Shown: piece by piece, positions 9,582-18,351 of the stretch
Layout of the letters: each line of letters opens with the position of its first letter
Position numbering within the stretch: the first letter of the stretch is position 1
Source of the DNA: Patescibacteria group bacterium
GTDB lineage: Bacteria; Patescibacteriota; Minisyncoccia; Minisyncoccales; UBA5738
Reading direction: 5' to 3'
DNA length: 64,000 nt
Assembly: GCA_022710775.1 (NCBI GenBank)
Contig: JAKLGH010000001.1
Location: 134,522 to 198,521, forward strand
Program-made: the position numbers and the translations under genes
The notes under the pieces: generated by a model
Database searches by the model: none
Told to the model about the DNA's origin: nothing
What the model saw: only the letters and a program-made list of their open reading frames with translations

Positions 9582-10997
9582 CTACTTTTTTATAAGCTCC
9601 TGGCGGTAGACGGCGCTTCTTCCTCCGTTTCCCGATACCAATTTCTCGTAGGGCGGAACCGAAAAAATTTCAATTCTTGAATCCAGAAAGTCGGAAAACG
9701 CCAGCTTTGATCCATCGGGAGAAATGCTCAAAGCTGTCGGCTGGTTCCCCGCCACTATCGCGTCGATCATTTTCGAATTTTCTGTATCAAACATCAAGAC
9801 CGATCCCCATTCCGGTCCGGGCACCGAATAATCGTCATCGGCGGCATTCCGGCCTCGGCAGGAAACAAAAAGAATTTTTTTATCAGGGCTTAATGCGATC
9901 GTGTTCGGATTATGATCGGTATCGGCGAATTTCTTTACGCTGTCGGTCTTAAGGTCGACTTCGTAGATCGCATCCTTAGCCATGTCGGAAACATAAAGCA
10001 CTCCCTTTTGCTCGTCCGCCGCGATATGCCTCATAGCGCCCCCGGTTCTATAAATAACCGCGCCTGTTTTCGAACCAAGATCGATCTTTTCCAGTTCTCC
10101 CGAAGCAAAACCGGCGACGTACAGGCTTTTTGCGTCCGAAGTCGCATACAGGCCCCGCGGCGTTTTAACGGTTGCGATCTTTGCCACCGCCCCGTTAGCC
10201 AGATCAATGATCGAAACATCATTGCCGGACCAGTTGGCCGCGTAAAGATATTTTCCGTCTAAAGAAAGAGCGACAACTTTGGTCCATGCGCTTTGAGTAT
10301 CGAAAGTCCGCAAAACGGTCTTGCTTGACGCATCGATCTCGTAAATCCGGGCGGTTTCCATCTGGCTGGCATACACTCTTGATCCGTCAGGCGAAAAAAC
10401 CAGCTCCACTCCGCCTCCTCCGTCCAGATCGATATCGGCAATATGCGTTCCGTCGCTGGAACTGTAAACGCCCAGTCCCCGTTTCTTGTTCAAAAGCATG
10501 GTGCTCCATAATTCCGAACCGTTGACTGAAAAAGCCAAAGCTTTCGGCGAAGGCACGGATTCGATATCCAGCAAATGGTGAACCAGCTGGCCGGAGCGGT
10601 CCAAATGATAGAATTTTTGGGTAGCTTCCCTCAAGGTAAGCGTTTCGCTCAAGGTTTCGTATCCGGGATATTTAATATCCAGCCTGATCCGCCCAGGCGG
10701 CAAAGCTTCCCTGAAAGGCGCGATTCCCGTTTTTTGCAATCCATCATGGAAAGTTATCGAAAATTCGGCATTTGCCGGAGAGGTGTTGAAAGTAAAATCA
10801 AAAAACGCCTCGCCGCCTTCACGGCATGAACCCGACGCGCAATAAGGATCTGGCCCGCCGGTAATCTCCGGCAAAGGAAGACTGGCCCGCGACGCCGGGC
10901 GTAAAATATTAAGAAAATTTTTAACTGCCCAAAAAAGACAATAAAAACACGCCAAGCCAGCCAAAAGATATTTTATTCGCCGGTCAATTTGTAGCAT
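9582..10997 (-). CDS. YVTN-family beta-propeller repeat protein with N-terminal TM and PEGA-like segment
   Basis: repeated ..G..LY.S/A...... YVTN/SGL-like blades (YASQMETARIYEID, LYAANWSGNDVSIIDL, LYVSDMAKDAIYEVDL, LAFSDFLDSRIEIF). Confidence 0.7.
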   Translation of the reverse strand: MLQIDRRIKYLLAGLACFYCLFWAVKNFLNILRPASRASLPLPEITGGPDPYCASGSCREGGEAFFDFTFNTSPANAEFSITFHDGLQKTGIAPFREALPPGRIRLDIKYPGYETLSETLTLREATQKFYHLDRSGQLVHHLLDIESVPSPKALAFSVNGSELWSTMLLNKKRGLGVYSSSDGTHIADIDLDGGGGVELVFSPDGSRVYASQMETARIYEIDASSKTVLRTFDTQSAWTKVVALSLDGKYLYAANWSGNDVSIIDLANGAVAKIATVKTPRGLYATSDAKSLYVAGFASGELEKIDLGSKTGAVIYRTGGAMRHIAADEQKGVLYVSDMAKDAIYEVDLKTDSVKKFADTDHNPNTIALSPDKKILFVSCRGRNAADDDYSVPGPEWGSVLMFDTENSKMIDAIVAGNQPTALSISPDGSKLAFSDFLDSRIEIFSVPPYEKLVSGNGGRSAVYRQELIKK

Positions 10998-11082
10998 AAT
11001 CGTATATTATACCGCAAACATGTTTTAGCAAAACATTTTTAGAAGTTCAAAATGCCGATTAAGGCTATCATCGTAAACTCAA

Positions 11083-11108
11083 GAGCCGTCCGCGAACGGA
11101 CGGCCCTT
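11083..11108. terminator. rho-independent terminator (gccgtccg-cgaa-cggacggc)
   Basis: GC hairpin 3' of the 11134..13431 gene. Confidence 0.55.
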
Positions 11109-11133
11109 GCCTATAACGGCGGAAATCCATATT

Positions 11134-13431
11134 TCATTCAACCAGCGTTCCCTGCTGGCATTCTTTAAAGGTTGCCGGAGCGGTTTCGCGCAAGAAATTA
11201 CCGTATGGGGAAGCGGTAAAAAACGAACCGTCGGACATTTTTGCGTAATAGCAAAAGCTTTTGGGATTTTTTGAATTATCCAAGCCGCAATAGACAAAAT
11301 CCTGGCCGCAAACCATACCAGTTGCTTCAGGATCGCTGGGAGTGCTGACAAGAAAGTTCCCTATCGAAGCCGGATAATTTAAAGATTGCCCTCCGCAATC
11401 TCCGGCTGCGGCCGAACAAGAATAGAAACGCTTATTCGCAAGATACCACGATTTCTGGGCTTCAAAAAGCAGCTTCATGTCGCTTTTCCTTGAACCGTCG
11501 TTTTGCTCCGCTAAATTATTCCTGGCCAAGGCTTCTTTTTTAGCCGCAACTTCGTTAAATATCTCGGTTCCCAGCCTGTATTGATCAGGAACCGCGACCA
11601 ATATATCGCCGTTATAACCGAAAACCTCGATATTCAAATCAATTTTCGCCGGGGATTCTCCTGAACCGTCATATGACACCGAATACGCGGTTTTTTTGAT
11701 CGAGAAATCCTGTTCTCCGATCCATATTTCACCCGACACCGCCGCCTTATCGATAATCCGGCTGTAATTATCAACTTCCGCAGGATCGGCATTCGCTAAA
11801 ACCGCCGCTATTTCTTCCTTCAGCTTGTCTTTATCGACATCAATGCTGTAATGCCGGCAATCGGAGCCGTTTATCTGCTCTTCTTGGAGCTTGTCTTTTA
11901 ATTTGACAACATCAGGCTTTCCGGCCGAAATCAAAATTCCAACAAGCTGAGATAGATCCACATCGCCAATTTCGGCTGCCCGCTTTATTTTGCCATAGAT
12001 CGGGAAAACCGATTCAAATTCTTCGGGAATTTTTGTACCATCGATTTTCAGCCATTGACCTTCGTAAGAAATTATTTCTCCAGCCGAACTGCCGGAAAAA
12101 TCTCCGGCTTTCAAATATACTGCGTTTCCGCCGCTCACCGTTTCAAATTTTACGCTGTTTGAGGCCGACATTTCGTTATCGGTTTCCGCGATATTCATTG
12201 AAATAACCGGATCCGCGCCATTAGCGCCGTCAAAAACGCCGGTAATGCTTAAAGCCACTTCCAAAGGGCCGGTTTCGCCCGATTCCGCGGCCGCCGGAAC
12301 GCTTATCGCCGCATTCCCGGAAAATTCCGCGGTCCTGACCGAGCCGGTCGCTTCCGCCATCTTTTTTCCTATCGAAGCCGAACCGGGTTCAAGATAGAAG
12401 AAATACGCATACGCCGCTCCTCCGATCAGCGCAAGTCCGATCAATCCAAATATCAAAAAAACAAAAATACTTTTTTTTCCGGGTTTGCCTCCGGCTTCAT
12501 CCAGTAATTCATCCATTTCCTTTTCGTCTGATTTTTTTGATGTTTTCACCGGAACAGCGGCGGATTGGCCGGAGAGATCAGGAGCAGAGCGGCCATTAAG
12601 CGCGGCAGCTTGAGCAATTCCGTCATTGGAACCTATGCTCGGCAGAGATGCCGCCTGATCGGAAGGTTGGACAAAAGCTGTTTCTTTTTTGCCATCAACT
12701 CCCGCCGGTAAATCAACATTCGCGGCCGGGAGATCAAGATTAATTTTTGGGTCAGCGGGCAAATTAGCCTGGCTCGGCGTGATGCCGAATGTTTGCCCAA
12801 ACGCTTTGTCAAGCTCGCTTACTTGCGGAACCTGCCTGTCAAAAGCCGAATCGGAATCTGTTTTTACCGGTTCGGCCGTTTTTAGCATGCCGCCTGGCCC
12901 GGGAACATCGTTCTTTTCAGCCGGAGGGTCAGCCGGATCCTGAAGCTGTCCGGCTGGAGTTGCCGGTAAAGCGCCGGCCGCAACTACGGATGGCACAGGT
13001 TGGACTTTGAAAGGCAGCATGTCTTCCGCATCTTGCGAACCCTTGGCCGCCTCTTTCGCCGCTGCTTGAGGCGCCGGTTGCTGCACGGGCAGCTGTTGCG
13101 CGATCGGCTGTGGCTGGACTTGCGCCGGCTGAACTTGCTCGGCGGCTTGCGACGGTGCTAATACTTTGGCGTCCGGAATCGGAACAGCAATTTTTTTTCC
13201 AATCGCGGCGAAAGCTTCGTCAATGAAAGATTGCTGCCATCCGACATCAGCTAAGGCTTTTTTAACGCCTTCCTCGGACGCGCCGTTCTTCAACTGTTGA
13301 TTGATATAATCCAATAATTTTTGATCGGGCATAGTTTTTTCTTGTTTATATATTATAACACTATATTGATATTTTTTATCCACAGTATCTGAAAAAACCA
13401 AGCAGTCGCGCGGCTTTTTAAAACTGTTCAA
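11134..13431 (-). CDS. large membrane-anchored surface protein with Pro/Gln/Ala-rich low-complexity linker and Cys-containing C-terminal domain; true start probably the internal Met at 13332 (MPDQKLL..)
   Basis: 765-aa ORF; low-complexity AEQVQPAQVQPQPIAQQLPVQQPAPQAAA; TM FVFLIFGLIGLALIGGAAYAYFFY; C-terminal Cys-rich ~130 aa. Confidence 0.6.
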   Translation of the reverse strand: MNSFKKPRDCLVFSDTVDKKYQYSVIIYKQEKTMPDQKLLDYINQQLKNGASEEGVKKALADVGWQQSFIDEAFAAIGKKIAVPIPDAKVLAPSQAAEQVQPAQVQPQPIAQQLPVQQPAPQAAAKEAAKGSQDAEDMLPFKVQPVPSVVAAGALPATPAGQLQDPADPPAEKNDVPGPGGMLKTAEPVKTDSDSAFDRQVPQVSELDKAFGQTFGITPSQANLPADPKINLDLPAANVDLPAGVDGKKETAFVQPSDQAASLPSIGSNDGIAQAAALNGRSAPDLSGQSAAVPVKTSKKSDEKEMDELLDEAGGKPGKKSIFVFLIFGLIGLALIGGAAYAYFFYLEPGSASIGKKMAEATGSVRTAEFSGNAAISVPAAAESGETGPLEVALSITGVFDGANGADPVISMNIAETDNEMSASNSVKFETVSGGNAVYLKAGDFSGSSAGEIISYEGQWLKIDGTKIPEEFESVFPIYGKIKRAAEIGDVDLSQLVGILISAGKPDVVKLKDKLQEEQINGSDCRHYSIDVDKDKLKEEIAAVLANADPAEVDNYSRIIDKAAVSGEIWIGEQDFSIKKTAYSVSYDGSGESPAKIDLNIEVFGYNGDILVAVPDQYRLGTEIFNEVAAKKEALARNNLAEQNDGSRKSDMKLLFEAQKSWYLANKRFYSCSAAAGDCGGQSLNYPASIGNFLVSTPSDPEATGMVCGQDFVYCGLDNSKNPKSFCYYAKMSDGSFFTASPYGNFLRETAPATFKECQQGTLVE

Positions 13432-13560
13432 ATCCGGAATTGCGCATTGCTCAACGATTATGACGTTATCTTTGATTTTTTTCGATAGACAGCCAGCGGA
13501 AAAATCGATATTTACTGAATTCCGTTTCGCTGATAGTATATTTTAAAGAATAATTCTTTT

Positions 13561-14637
13561 ATGAATTTCTTATCCGACACGATCAAACCGGCGGTAAATA
13601 AAAGCTACCTAAGGGCAAAGACGCTTGTTTTTCGGCTTAGATCGCGGTTTTGTTATTTTAACCGGCCGGCATTTTATCTAGCCGCCGCGGTTATCATATT
13701 TCTATCCGGATATTGTTGCGGCGGAAAAAAAATTGCCGATAGTTACGATACAGGGCAAATTAGGGAAGGAGGATACGAATACATCAATCCTCTTCTTGAA
13801 TGCGATGTTGCAAAGGAATCAATACCCAAATACATCTCATTCGAAGAGGAAACAAAAAAACAGATTAACAAAATCAAAAACGACCACCCAAACGTAACGA
13901 TAGCCGTATATTTCAGAAATTTGAACAACGGTCCGTGGTTTGGAATAAATGAAAATGAGAACTTCATACCGGCCAGCCTCCTCAAGGTTCCCGTTATGAT
14001 GGCTTATTTGAAACAAACCGAAACCGATCCCTTAATCCTGGAAAAGCGGCTTACCGTAATTAAAGATGATAACTTTAACTATAAGCAGAGGGTCGTTCCC
14101 ACCTCTCAAGTTGAAATAGGCAAATCATATCCTGTTGCGGAATTGCTCCATTACTCGATCGCATACTCCGATAATTTAGCGACCATAACTTTAATCAACG
14201 GACTGCCCTCCGAAAAGATCAATAAAGTTTATTCCGACCTTGGCCTCCCCTTGCCTACGGCATCCTATGAAACTGACGCGGTAATATCAACCAAAAATTA
14301 TGCTTCTTTTTTCCGGATTTTATATAACGCTTCTTATCTTAACGAGCAGATGTCGGAATACGCCCTTAAGCTCCTGACAGAGGTTGATTTCAGGAACGGT
14401 ATTGTTGCCAAAATCCCTCCGGATATCAAAGTGGCCCACAAGTTCGGGGAAAGAAATTTTGAAAATCTGACCCAGATCCATGATTGCGGCATCGTTTACG
14501 CTCCGCATTATCCTTACTTGATATGCGTCATGACCCGGGGCAGCAACATGGATGAAAACGAAGAATTGATCGCGGAAACATCGCGCATTGTTTTCAACAA
14601 AGTATTTGAAAACAGGGAAAATTTCAAACGGGAATAA
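13561..14637 (+). CDS. class A beta-lactamase-fold serine hydrolase (PenP/COG2367-like), membrane anchored
   Basis: SxxK (ASLLK), SDN (YSDNLA) and KxG (HKFGE) motifs in the class A beta-lactamase order; N-terminal TM. Confidence 0.65.
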   Translation: MNFLSDTIKPAVNKSYLRAKTLVFRLRSRFCYFNRPAFYLAAAVIIFLSGYCCGGKKIADSYDTGQIREGGYEYINPLLECDVAKESIPKYISFEEETKKQINKIKNDHPNVTIAVYFRNLNNGPWFGINENENFIPASLLKVPVMMAYLKQTETDPLILEKRLTVIKDDNFNYKQRVVPTSQVEIGKSYPVAELLHYSIAYSDNLATITLINGLPSEKINKVYSDLGLPLPTASYETDAVISTKNYASFFRILYNASYLNEQMSEYALKLLTEVDFRNGIVAKIPPDIKVAHKFGERNFENLTQIHDCGIVYAPHYPYLICVMTRGSNMDENEELIAETSRIVFNKVFENRENFKRE

Positions 14638-14642
14638 ACTGC

Positions 14643-14666
14643 CCCGGGGCAAAGCCCCGGATTTTC
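14643..14666. terminator. rho-independent terminator (ccgggg-caaag-ccccgg + T-run)
   Basis: hairpin immediately after the 13561..14637 stop. Confidence 0.6.
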
Positions 14667-14785
14667 CCTTCCGCTGCGCTTCCCTTCAAGAAAGAAAAAG
14701 AAAGAACAACCTTGAATAAATCTATAGTTTCCTGATTGAAAAAATCCGGTGAAAAATGCCGGTTTTCTGTTACGCCGCTTAACGA

Positions 14786-14815
14786 TTGACAAGTGAACAA
14801 TCGTTCACCTATAAT
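14786..14815 (+). promoter_or_regulatory. lexA promoter (-35 TTGACA 14786-14791, -10 TATAAT 14810-14815, 18-bp spacer) with embedded LexA operator palindrome GTGAACAATCGTTCAC (14793-14808)
   Basis: perfect 16-bp inverted repeat with a GAAC-N4-GTTC core (Gram-positive/Cheo-type SOS box) between consensus -35 and -10 hexamers, upstream of the lexA ORF (autoregulation). Confidence 0.7.
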
Positions 14816-14843
14816 GGATAAAAGCGCTAAAAACTTAAAAATT

Positions 14844-15410
14844 ATGCCAAAAAACGCTGCAATTTTGATCAGAAGATTTTATGAAACAAACAAACGAATG
14901 CCGGTTTATTCCGAAATCATGAAACTATTGCGCTTTAAATCGAAAAACTCGGTTTTTAAACTGGTAAAAAAATTGGAAACGACCGGTTTTCTGGAGAAAG
15001 ATAAAACCGGAAAGCTTATCCCCGCTAGCCTCTACAGGCAAACCAGGATTCTTGGCTATGTCCAAGCCGGATTTCCCACCCCGGCCGAAGAAGAACTGGT
15101 TGATACGATTTCCCTGGACGAATACCTCATTTCAAACAGAGACGCTACCTTTATTTTAAAGATTGGCGGCGACTCGATGGCCGATGCCGGAATTCTCGAA
15201 GGGGATATGGTGATCGTCGACCGCTCGATCACGCCCAAAAACGGCGACATCGTCATTGCCGAAGTAGACAGCGAATGGACGATAAAATACCTGGTTAAAA
15301 CAAAAACCCGGGTTTATTTGAAACCCGGAAACAAAAAATATCCGCCGATCTATCCGAAGAACGAATTAAAGATTGCCGCCGTGGTAAAAGCAGTGATACG
15401 GAAATACTGA
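14844..15410 (+). CDS. lexA: LexA repressor (wHTH + S24 peptidase); start placed at ATG 14844, downstream of the predicted TSS; the ORF track's GTG at 14793 lies inside the operator
   Basis: N-terminal wHTH (..VYSEIMKLLRFKSKNSVFKLVKKLETTGFLEK..); AG cleavage site (..VQAGFPTPA..); S24 catalytic Ser/Lys motifs (GDSMADAGILEGDMVIV, EWTIKYL). Confidence 0.85.
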   Translation: MPKNAAILIRRFYETNKRMPVYSEIMKLLRFKSKNSVFKLVKKLETTGFLEKDKTGKLIPASLYRQTRILGYVQAGFPTPAEEELVDTISLDEYLISNRDATFILKIGGDSMADAGILEGDMVIVDRSITPKNGDIVIAEVDSEWTIKYLVKTKTRVYLKPGNKKYPPIYPKNELKIAAVVKAVIRKY

Positions 15411-15544
15411 ATATTCGAAACAATTTTCAAACGATCAAAATTTAAATGTTAAAAATGGAATTTTAAATTTGTTTTGCCAATTTGATCATTTTAGAATTGG
15501 AGCATTGTTTCTGTTTTCGAATATTCGGATATTAGGATATTTAA

Positions 15545-15724
15545 AACGCAAAAGTCCGAAACTTATTCGGACAATTCCACGGCTGGCTTGGCGATCCGCT
15601 CAATGATTTTCGGCCGCGGAGGTGAATACGCGGTTCAAAACCGCGGATCGGCACTCTTTGGGCAATGACGTCCCAAACCGTCTGAAGCCCGTGCCGTCGC
15701 CACAACCAAACCAGCCCGTGATAT
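15545..15724 (-). ncRNA. candidate ~180-nt structured sRNA transcribed divergently from the Y-family polymerase gene (function unknown)
   Basis: Minus-strand sigma70-like promoter (TTGACA-17-TAATAT). GC-rich region whose ends pair (5' GGCUGGUUUGG ... CCAAGCCAGCC 3'). Internal hairpin ccgcgguuuugaaccgcg. Terminated by hairpin GUCCGAAUAAGUUUCGGAC + UUUUGCGUUUU (15554-15572 and downstream). Confidence 0.4.
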
Positions 15725-15730
15725 GTTTTT

Positions 15731-15759
15731 ATATTAACATATATTAAATAAATTGTCAA
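15731..15759 (-). promoter_or_regulatory. sigma70-like promoter on the minus strand (-35 TTGACA at 15754-15759, -10 TAATAT at 15731-15736, 17-bp spacer)
   Basis: reverse complement of 15731-15759 reads ttgacaatttatttaatatatgttaatat. Confidence 0.5.
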
Positions 15760-17078
15760 TAGCGGCTTGCCAACCTTTGAATTTGACCAATTACCCTAGG
15801 GCAATTCTCCATATCGACGGAGATTGTTTTTTCGCTTCCTGCGAGATCGCGCTCAACCCCCGGTTCAAAGGCTTGCCGGTCGTCACCGGCAAGGAACGAG
15901 GCATCGCTTCTTCGATGAGCTACGAAGCAAAAGCGGCGGGAGTTACGAGGGGTATGCGCTTATCCGATATTAAAAAGATCTGCCCCCAAGCCGTGATCCT
16001 CCCTTCCGATTACGAAACCTATTCCTTGTTCTCCGTTCGGATGTTCGATATTGTCCGCCGCTACACCCCGATAGTCGAAGAATACAGCATAGACGAATGT
16101 TTTGCCGATCTTACCGGTTTGCAACGTCCGCTCAATATGGACTACGCTGCCATGGCCGAAAGAATCAAAAATGATCTGGACAAGGAACTGGGCATGACTT
16201 TTTCCGCCGGCCTGGCGCCCACCAAAGTCCTGGCCAAAGTCGGATCAAAATGGAAGAAACCATCGGGTTTAACGATCATACCGGGCCATAATATCCATTT
16301 GTATCTTGCCAAGCTTAATGTGGAAAAAATCTGGGGCGTAGGGCCAGCTACCGCCGCTTACCTGAACAAATGCGGAGTGAATACCGCTTACGATTTCGCG
16401 TCAAAAGACAAAGAATGGGTTATGGCCCGCCTCACCAAGCCCCACTATGAGATCTGGCAGGAATTGCGCGGACAAACAGTTTATCCGGTAACAACCAAAC
16501 AAAAAGACGATTATAAATCCATAAGCAAAACGCGCACTTTCACGCCGGCATCCAGCGATAAAAATTTTGTTTTTTCCCAACTGTCCAAAAACATCGAAAA
16601 CGCCTGCATTAAAGCGCGGCGGCACAGCCTTTGTGCTAAAAAATTCGCTTTCTTCTTAAAAACCCGGGATTTCCGCTATTCCGGCGCCGAAATAAATCTG
16701 GACCGGCCGGCAAATGTTCCCCAAGAGATTATTGGCTTGGCCAAAAAATACTTTAACTCAATATACGAGCCAAAAACCCTTTACCGTGCCACCGGGATCA
16801 TTTTGCTCGATCTTTCCTGTGAAACCGGCGGCCAGCTCGACCTTTTTCGTAAAACTATAAAAGCGGAAAAATTTTCCAAAATTTACGAACAGGTCGACGC
16901 GCTCTCGAAAAAGTTTGGCAAGCACACGGTATTTCTCGGATCCAGCCTGCGCGCGATGGCCGGCCAACAACACGAAAACGGCCGGGGCGATATTCCCCGG
17001 CGCGCCAAAAATTTATTTAGGGGCGAGACCAAAAGAAAGCGGATCGGCCTGCCGATGCTAAAGCTAAAAATTAATTGA
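15753..17078 (+). CDS. dinB: Y-family translesion DNA polymerase (DinB/UmuC-like, Pol IV/V family); ORF-track TTG start, true start more likely TTG 15777/15783
   Basis: ..AILHIDGDCFFASCEIALNP.. (DinB HVDMDCFFAAVE motif), ..YSIDECFADLTG.., polymerase-associated C-terminal domain; sits next to lexA (SOS cassette). Confidence 0.85.
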   Translation: MSIAACQPLNLTNYPRAILHIDGDCFFASCEIALNPRFKGLPVVTGKERGIASSMSYEAKAAGVTRGMRLSDIKKICPQAVILPSDYETYSLFSVRMFDIVRRYTPIVEEYSIDECFADLTGLQRPLNMDYAAMAERIKNDLDKELGMTFSAGLAPTKVLAKVGSKWKKPSGLTIIPGHNIHLYLAKLNVEKIWGVGPATAAYLNKCGVNTAYDFASKDKEWVMARLTKPHYEIWQELRGQTVYPVTTKQKDDYKSISKTRTFTPASSDKNFVFSQLSKNIENACIKARRHSLCAKKFAFFLKTRDFRYSGAEINLDRPANVPQEIIGLAKKYFNSIYEPKTLYRATGIILLDLSCETGGQLDLFRKTIKAEKFSKIYEQVDALSKKFGKHTVFLGSSLRAMAGQQHENGRGDIPRRAKNLFRGETKRKRIGLPMLKLKIN

Positions 17079-17118
17079 CAATTATGATATATTATGATAT
17101 AATTATTTAAGTGATTCT

Positions 17119-17439
17119 ATGAAAGATTTCGTCGCCGCCGCCCTGATAGCGATCTGTTTGATCGCCATTTCAGCCCAAGCAGAGACTAAAGGAATAGAGG
17201 AAGATGAATTCATAATGTTCCTGTTCGTGAATCAAACAGGGACATTTATCAAGTACTGGGACGGCCCCTGCGAAACCGCCTGGTATGAAGTGATCCCCCA
17301 GCGCAATGTAAGTTGTTTGCGCTGGCTGGTGAACGTTTCCTGCGGCACAGGAAAAAACGCCAGCTTCATCAGCGATCCGGTTGCGATAAATAAAATCGGG
17401 CCAGAATTGCGGCTGGTGCCGCTGTATAGAAATGGCTGA
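17119..17439 (+). CDS. small secreted Cys-containing hypothetical protein
   Basis: signal peptide MKDFVAAALIAICLIAISAQA; 106 aa. Confidence 0.5.
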   Translation: MKDFVAAALIAICLIAISAQAETKGIEEDEFIMFLFVNQTGTFIKYWDGPCETAWYEVIPQRNVSCLRWLVNVSCGTGKNASFISDPVAINKIGPELRLVPLYRNG

Positions 17440-17489
17440 AAGCCATTTCATTTTTTTTCGTAACATTAAAAAAACGCGGGATTCCGCGC

Positions 17490-17873
17490 CTATGATAAAC
17501 TCTTTAGATGGCTCTTAACAGCCTTAAGTAATTTACCCTCGATCATTAAACCGCGTTTTTCCAGTTCTTCGATCACGTCAAGATGGGCCCAGCAAACCGC
17601 AATGATGCCGGGACCCGGACTTGGAACGCCCGAAACGATCCGGGATTCGTAAACATGGCCGTAAAAACAGTTGCCGCGGACAGTAGTTAAAAAATTTTCG
17701 ATTTCTTTGTGTATTTCCACCACGACCCCTGCTTCTTCAAAAGCCTCGCGGATAGCGCAATCAGCCGGCGATTCTTTAGGGCCGCACCTGCCGCCCGGAA
17801 CGCTGTAAAGCCCTTGATTGGTCGCGCCATCGCCTTCCAGGATCAGCAAGACTTCTTTATTTTGAATGATCAC
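17490..17873 (-). CDS. NUDIX hydrolase
   Basis: Nudix box GGRCGPKESPADCAIREAFEEAGV (GX5EX7REUXEEXGU). Confidence 0.85.
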   Translation of the reverse strand: MIIQNKEVLLILEGDGATNQGLYSVPGGRCGPKESPADCAIREAFEEAGVVVEIHKEIENFLTTVRGNCFYGHVYESRIVSGVPSPGPGIIAVCWAHLDVIEELEKRGLMIEGKLLKAVKSHLKSLS

Positions 17874-17974
17874 ATTGGACGCGGTTTCTATCGCTGCCGA
17901 TTTTCTTAGCGTATTGATTGCCTCCCGCCGTAATGTACTGATATTTAATTAGCATTTAAATCCTAAAAACAAAA

Positions 17975-17992
17975 GCAGCCGATATCGGCTGC
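17975..17992. terminator. terminator hairpin gcagccgatatcggctgc
   Basis: perfect palindrome 3' of the 18005..18232 minus-strand gene, T-rich on the minus strand. Confidence 0.5.
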
Positions 17993-18004
17993 ATTAATAA
18001 GCGC

Positions 18005-18232
18005 TTAAAGCAGAAAATGAACAACTAGTCCGAGAAGAGCCAGCAATACTCCGAGAAGTACCCCTAAAAATGTGAATCCGTAGCCCAGTAAAACTTTTTT
18101 TGCTCCGCTTCTCAAACTTTGTTTTCCCTCAAATGTTGATTTTCCTTGCAGGTAAAAATTCACTGCCCATACTATGGCAGAACCAAAGCCCAAGATTAGG
18201 CCTAAGATTATTACCATTACCGACAATTCCAT
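18005..18232 (-). CDS. small two-TM membrane protein
   Basis: 75 aa, two hydrophobic helices. Confidence 0.45.
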   Translation of the reverse strand: MELSVMVIILGLILGFGSAIVWAVNFYLQGKSTFEGKQSLRSGAKKVLLGYGFTFLGVLLGVLLALLGLVVHFLL

Positions 18233-18299
18233 TTCTCTACCCTCTTTTTTTTAATTTTTTATTATAGGACCTATGGATAATTTTGTCAAGATTAGAACA

Positions 18300-18328
18300 A
18301 AAGGGCGCAATCCGATCGCGCCCCTTTC
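18300..18328. terminator. rho-independent terminator (gggcgc-aatccgatc-gcgccc)
   Basis: GC hairpin 3' of the GerMN gene on the minus strand. Confidence 0.55.
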
Positions 18329-18351
18329 AGATACAATCTCCGAGAAAGAAT

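Noticed and set aside
15600-15690. tRNA-like element (T-arm-like cgcgg-ttcaaaa-ccgcg followed by a 7-nt acceptor-like strand)
   Set aside because: The only candidate 5' acceptor partner lies ~64 nt upstream, too short to hold D and anticodon arms, and it has a mismatch. Better explained as part of the candidate sRNA.
15545-15724. SRP (4.5S) RNA or 6S RNA identity for the structured element
   Set aside because: The conserved SRP domain IV motif (..GGAAGG..AGCAG..) is absent. 6S cannot be confirmed without a covariance model, so it is left as an unclassified sRNA candidate.
15725-15752. Second LexA box (ttaacatatattaa) upstream of the Y-family polymerase gene
   Set aside because: The palindrome is imperfect and lacks the GAAC/GTTC half-sites seen in the lexA operator.
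15541-15759. 72-aa minus-strand ORF (MTIYLIYVNIK..)
   Set aside because: It overlaps the promoter/terminator structure of the candidate sRNA and has an Arg/Trp-rich composition typical of GC-rich non-coding sequence.
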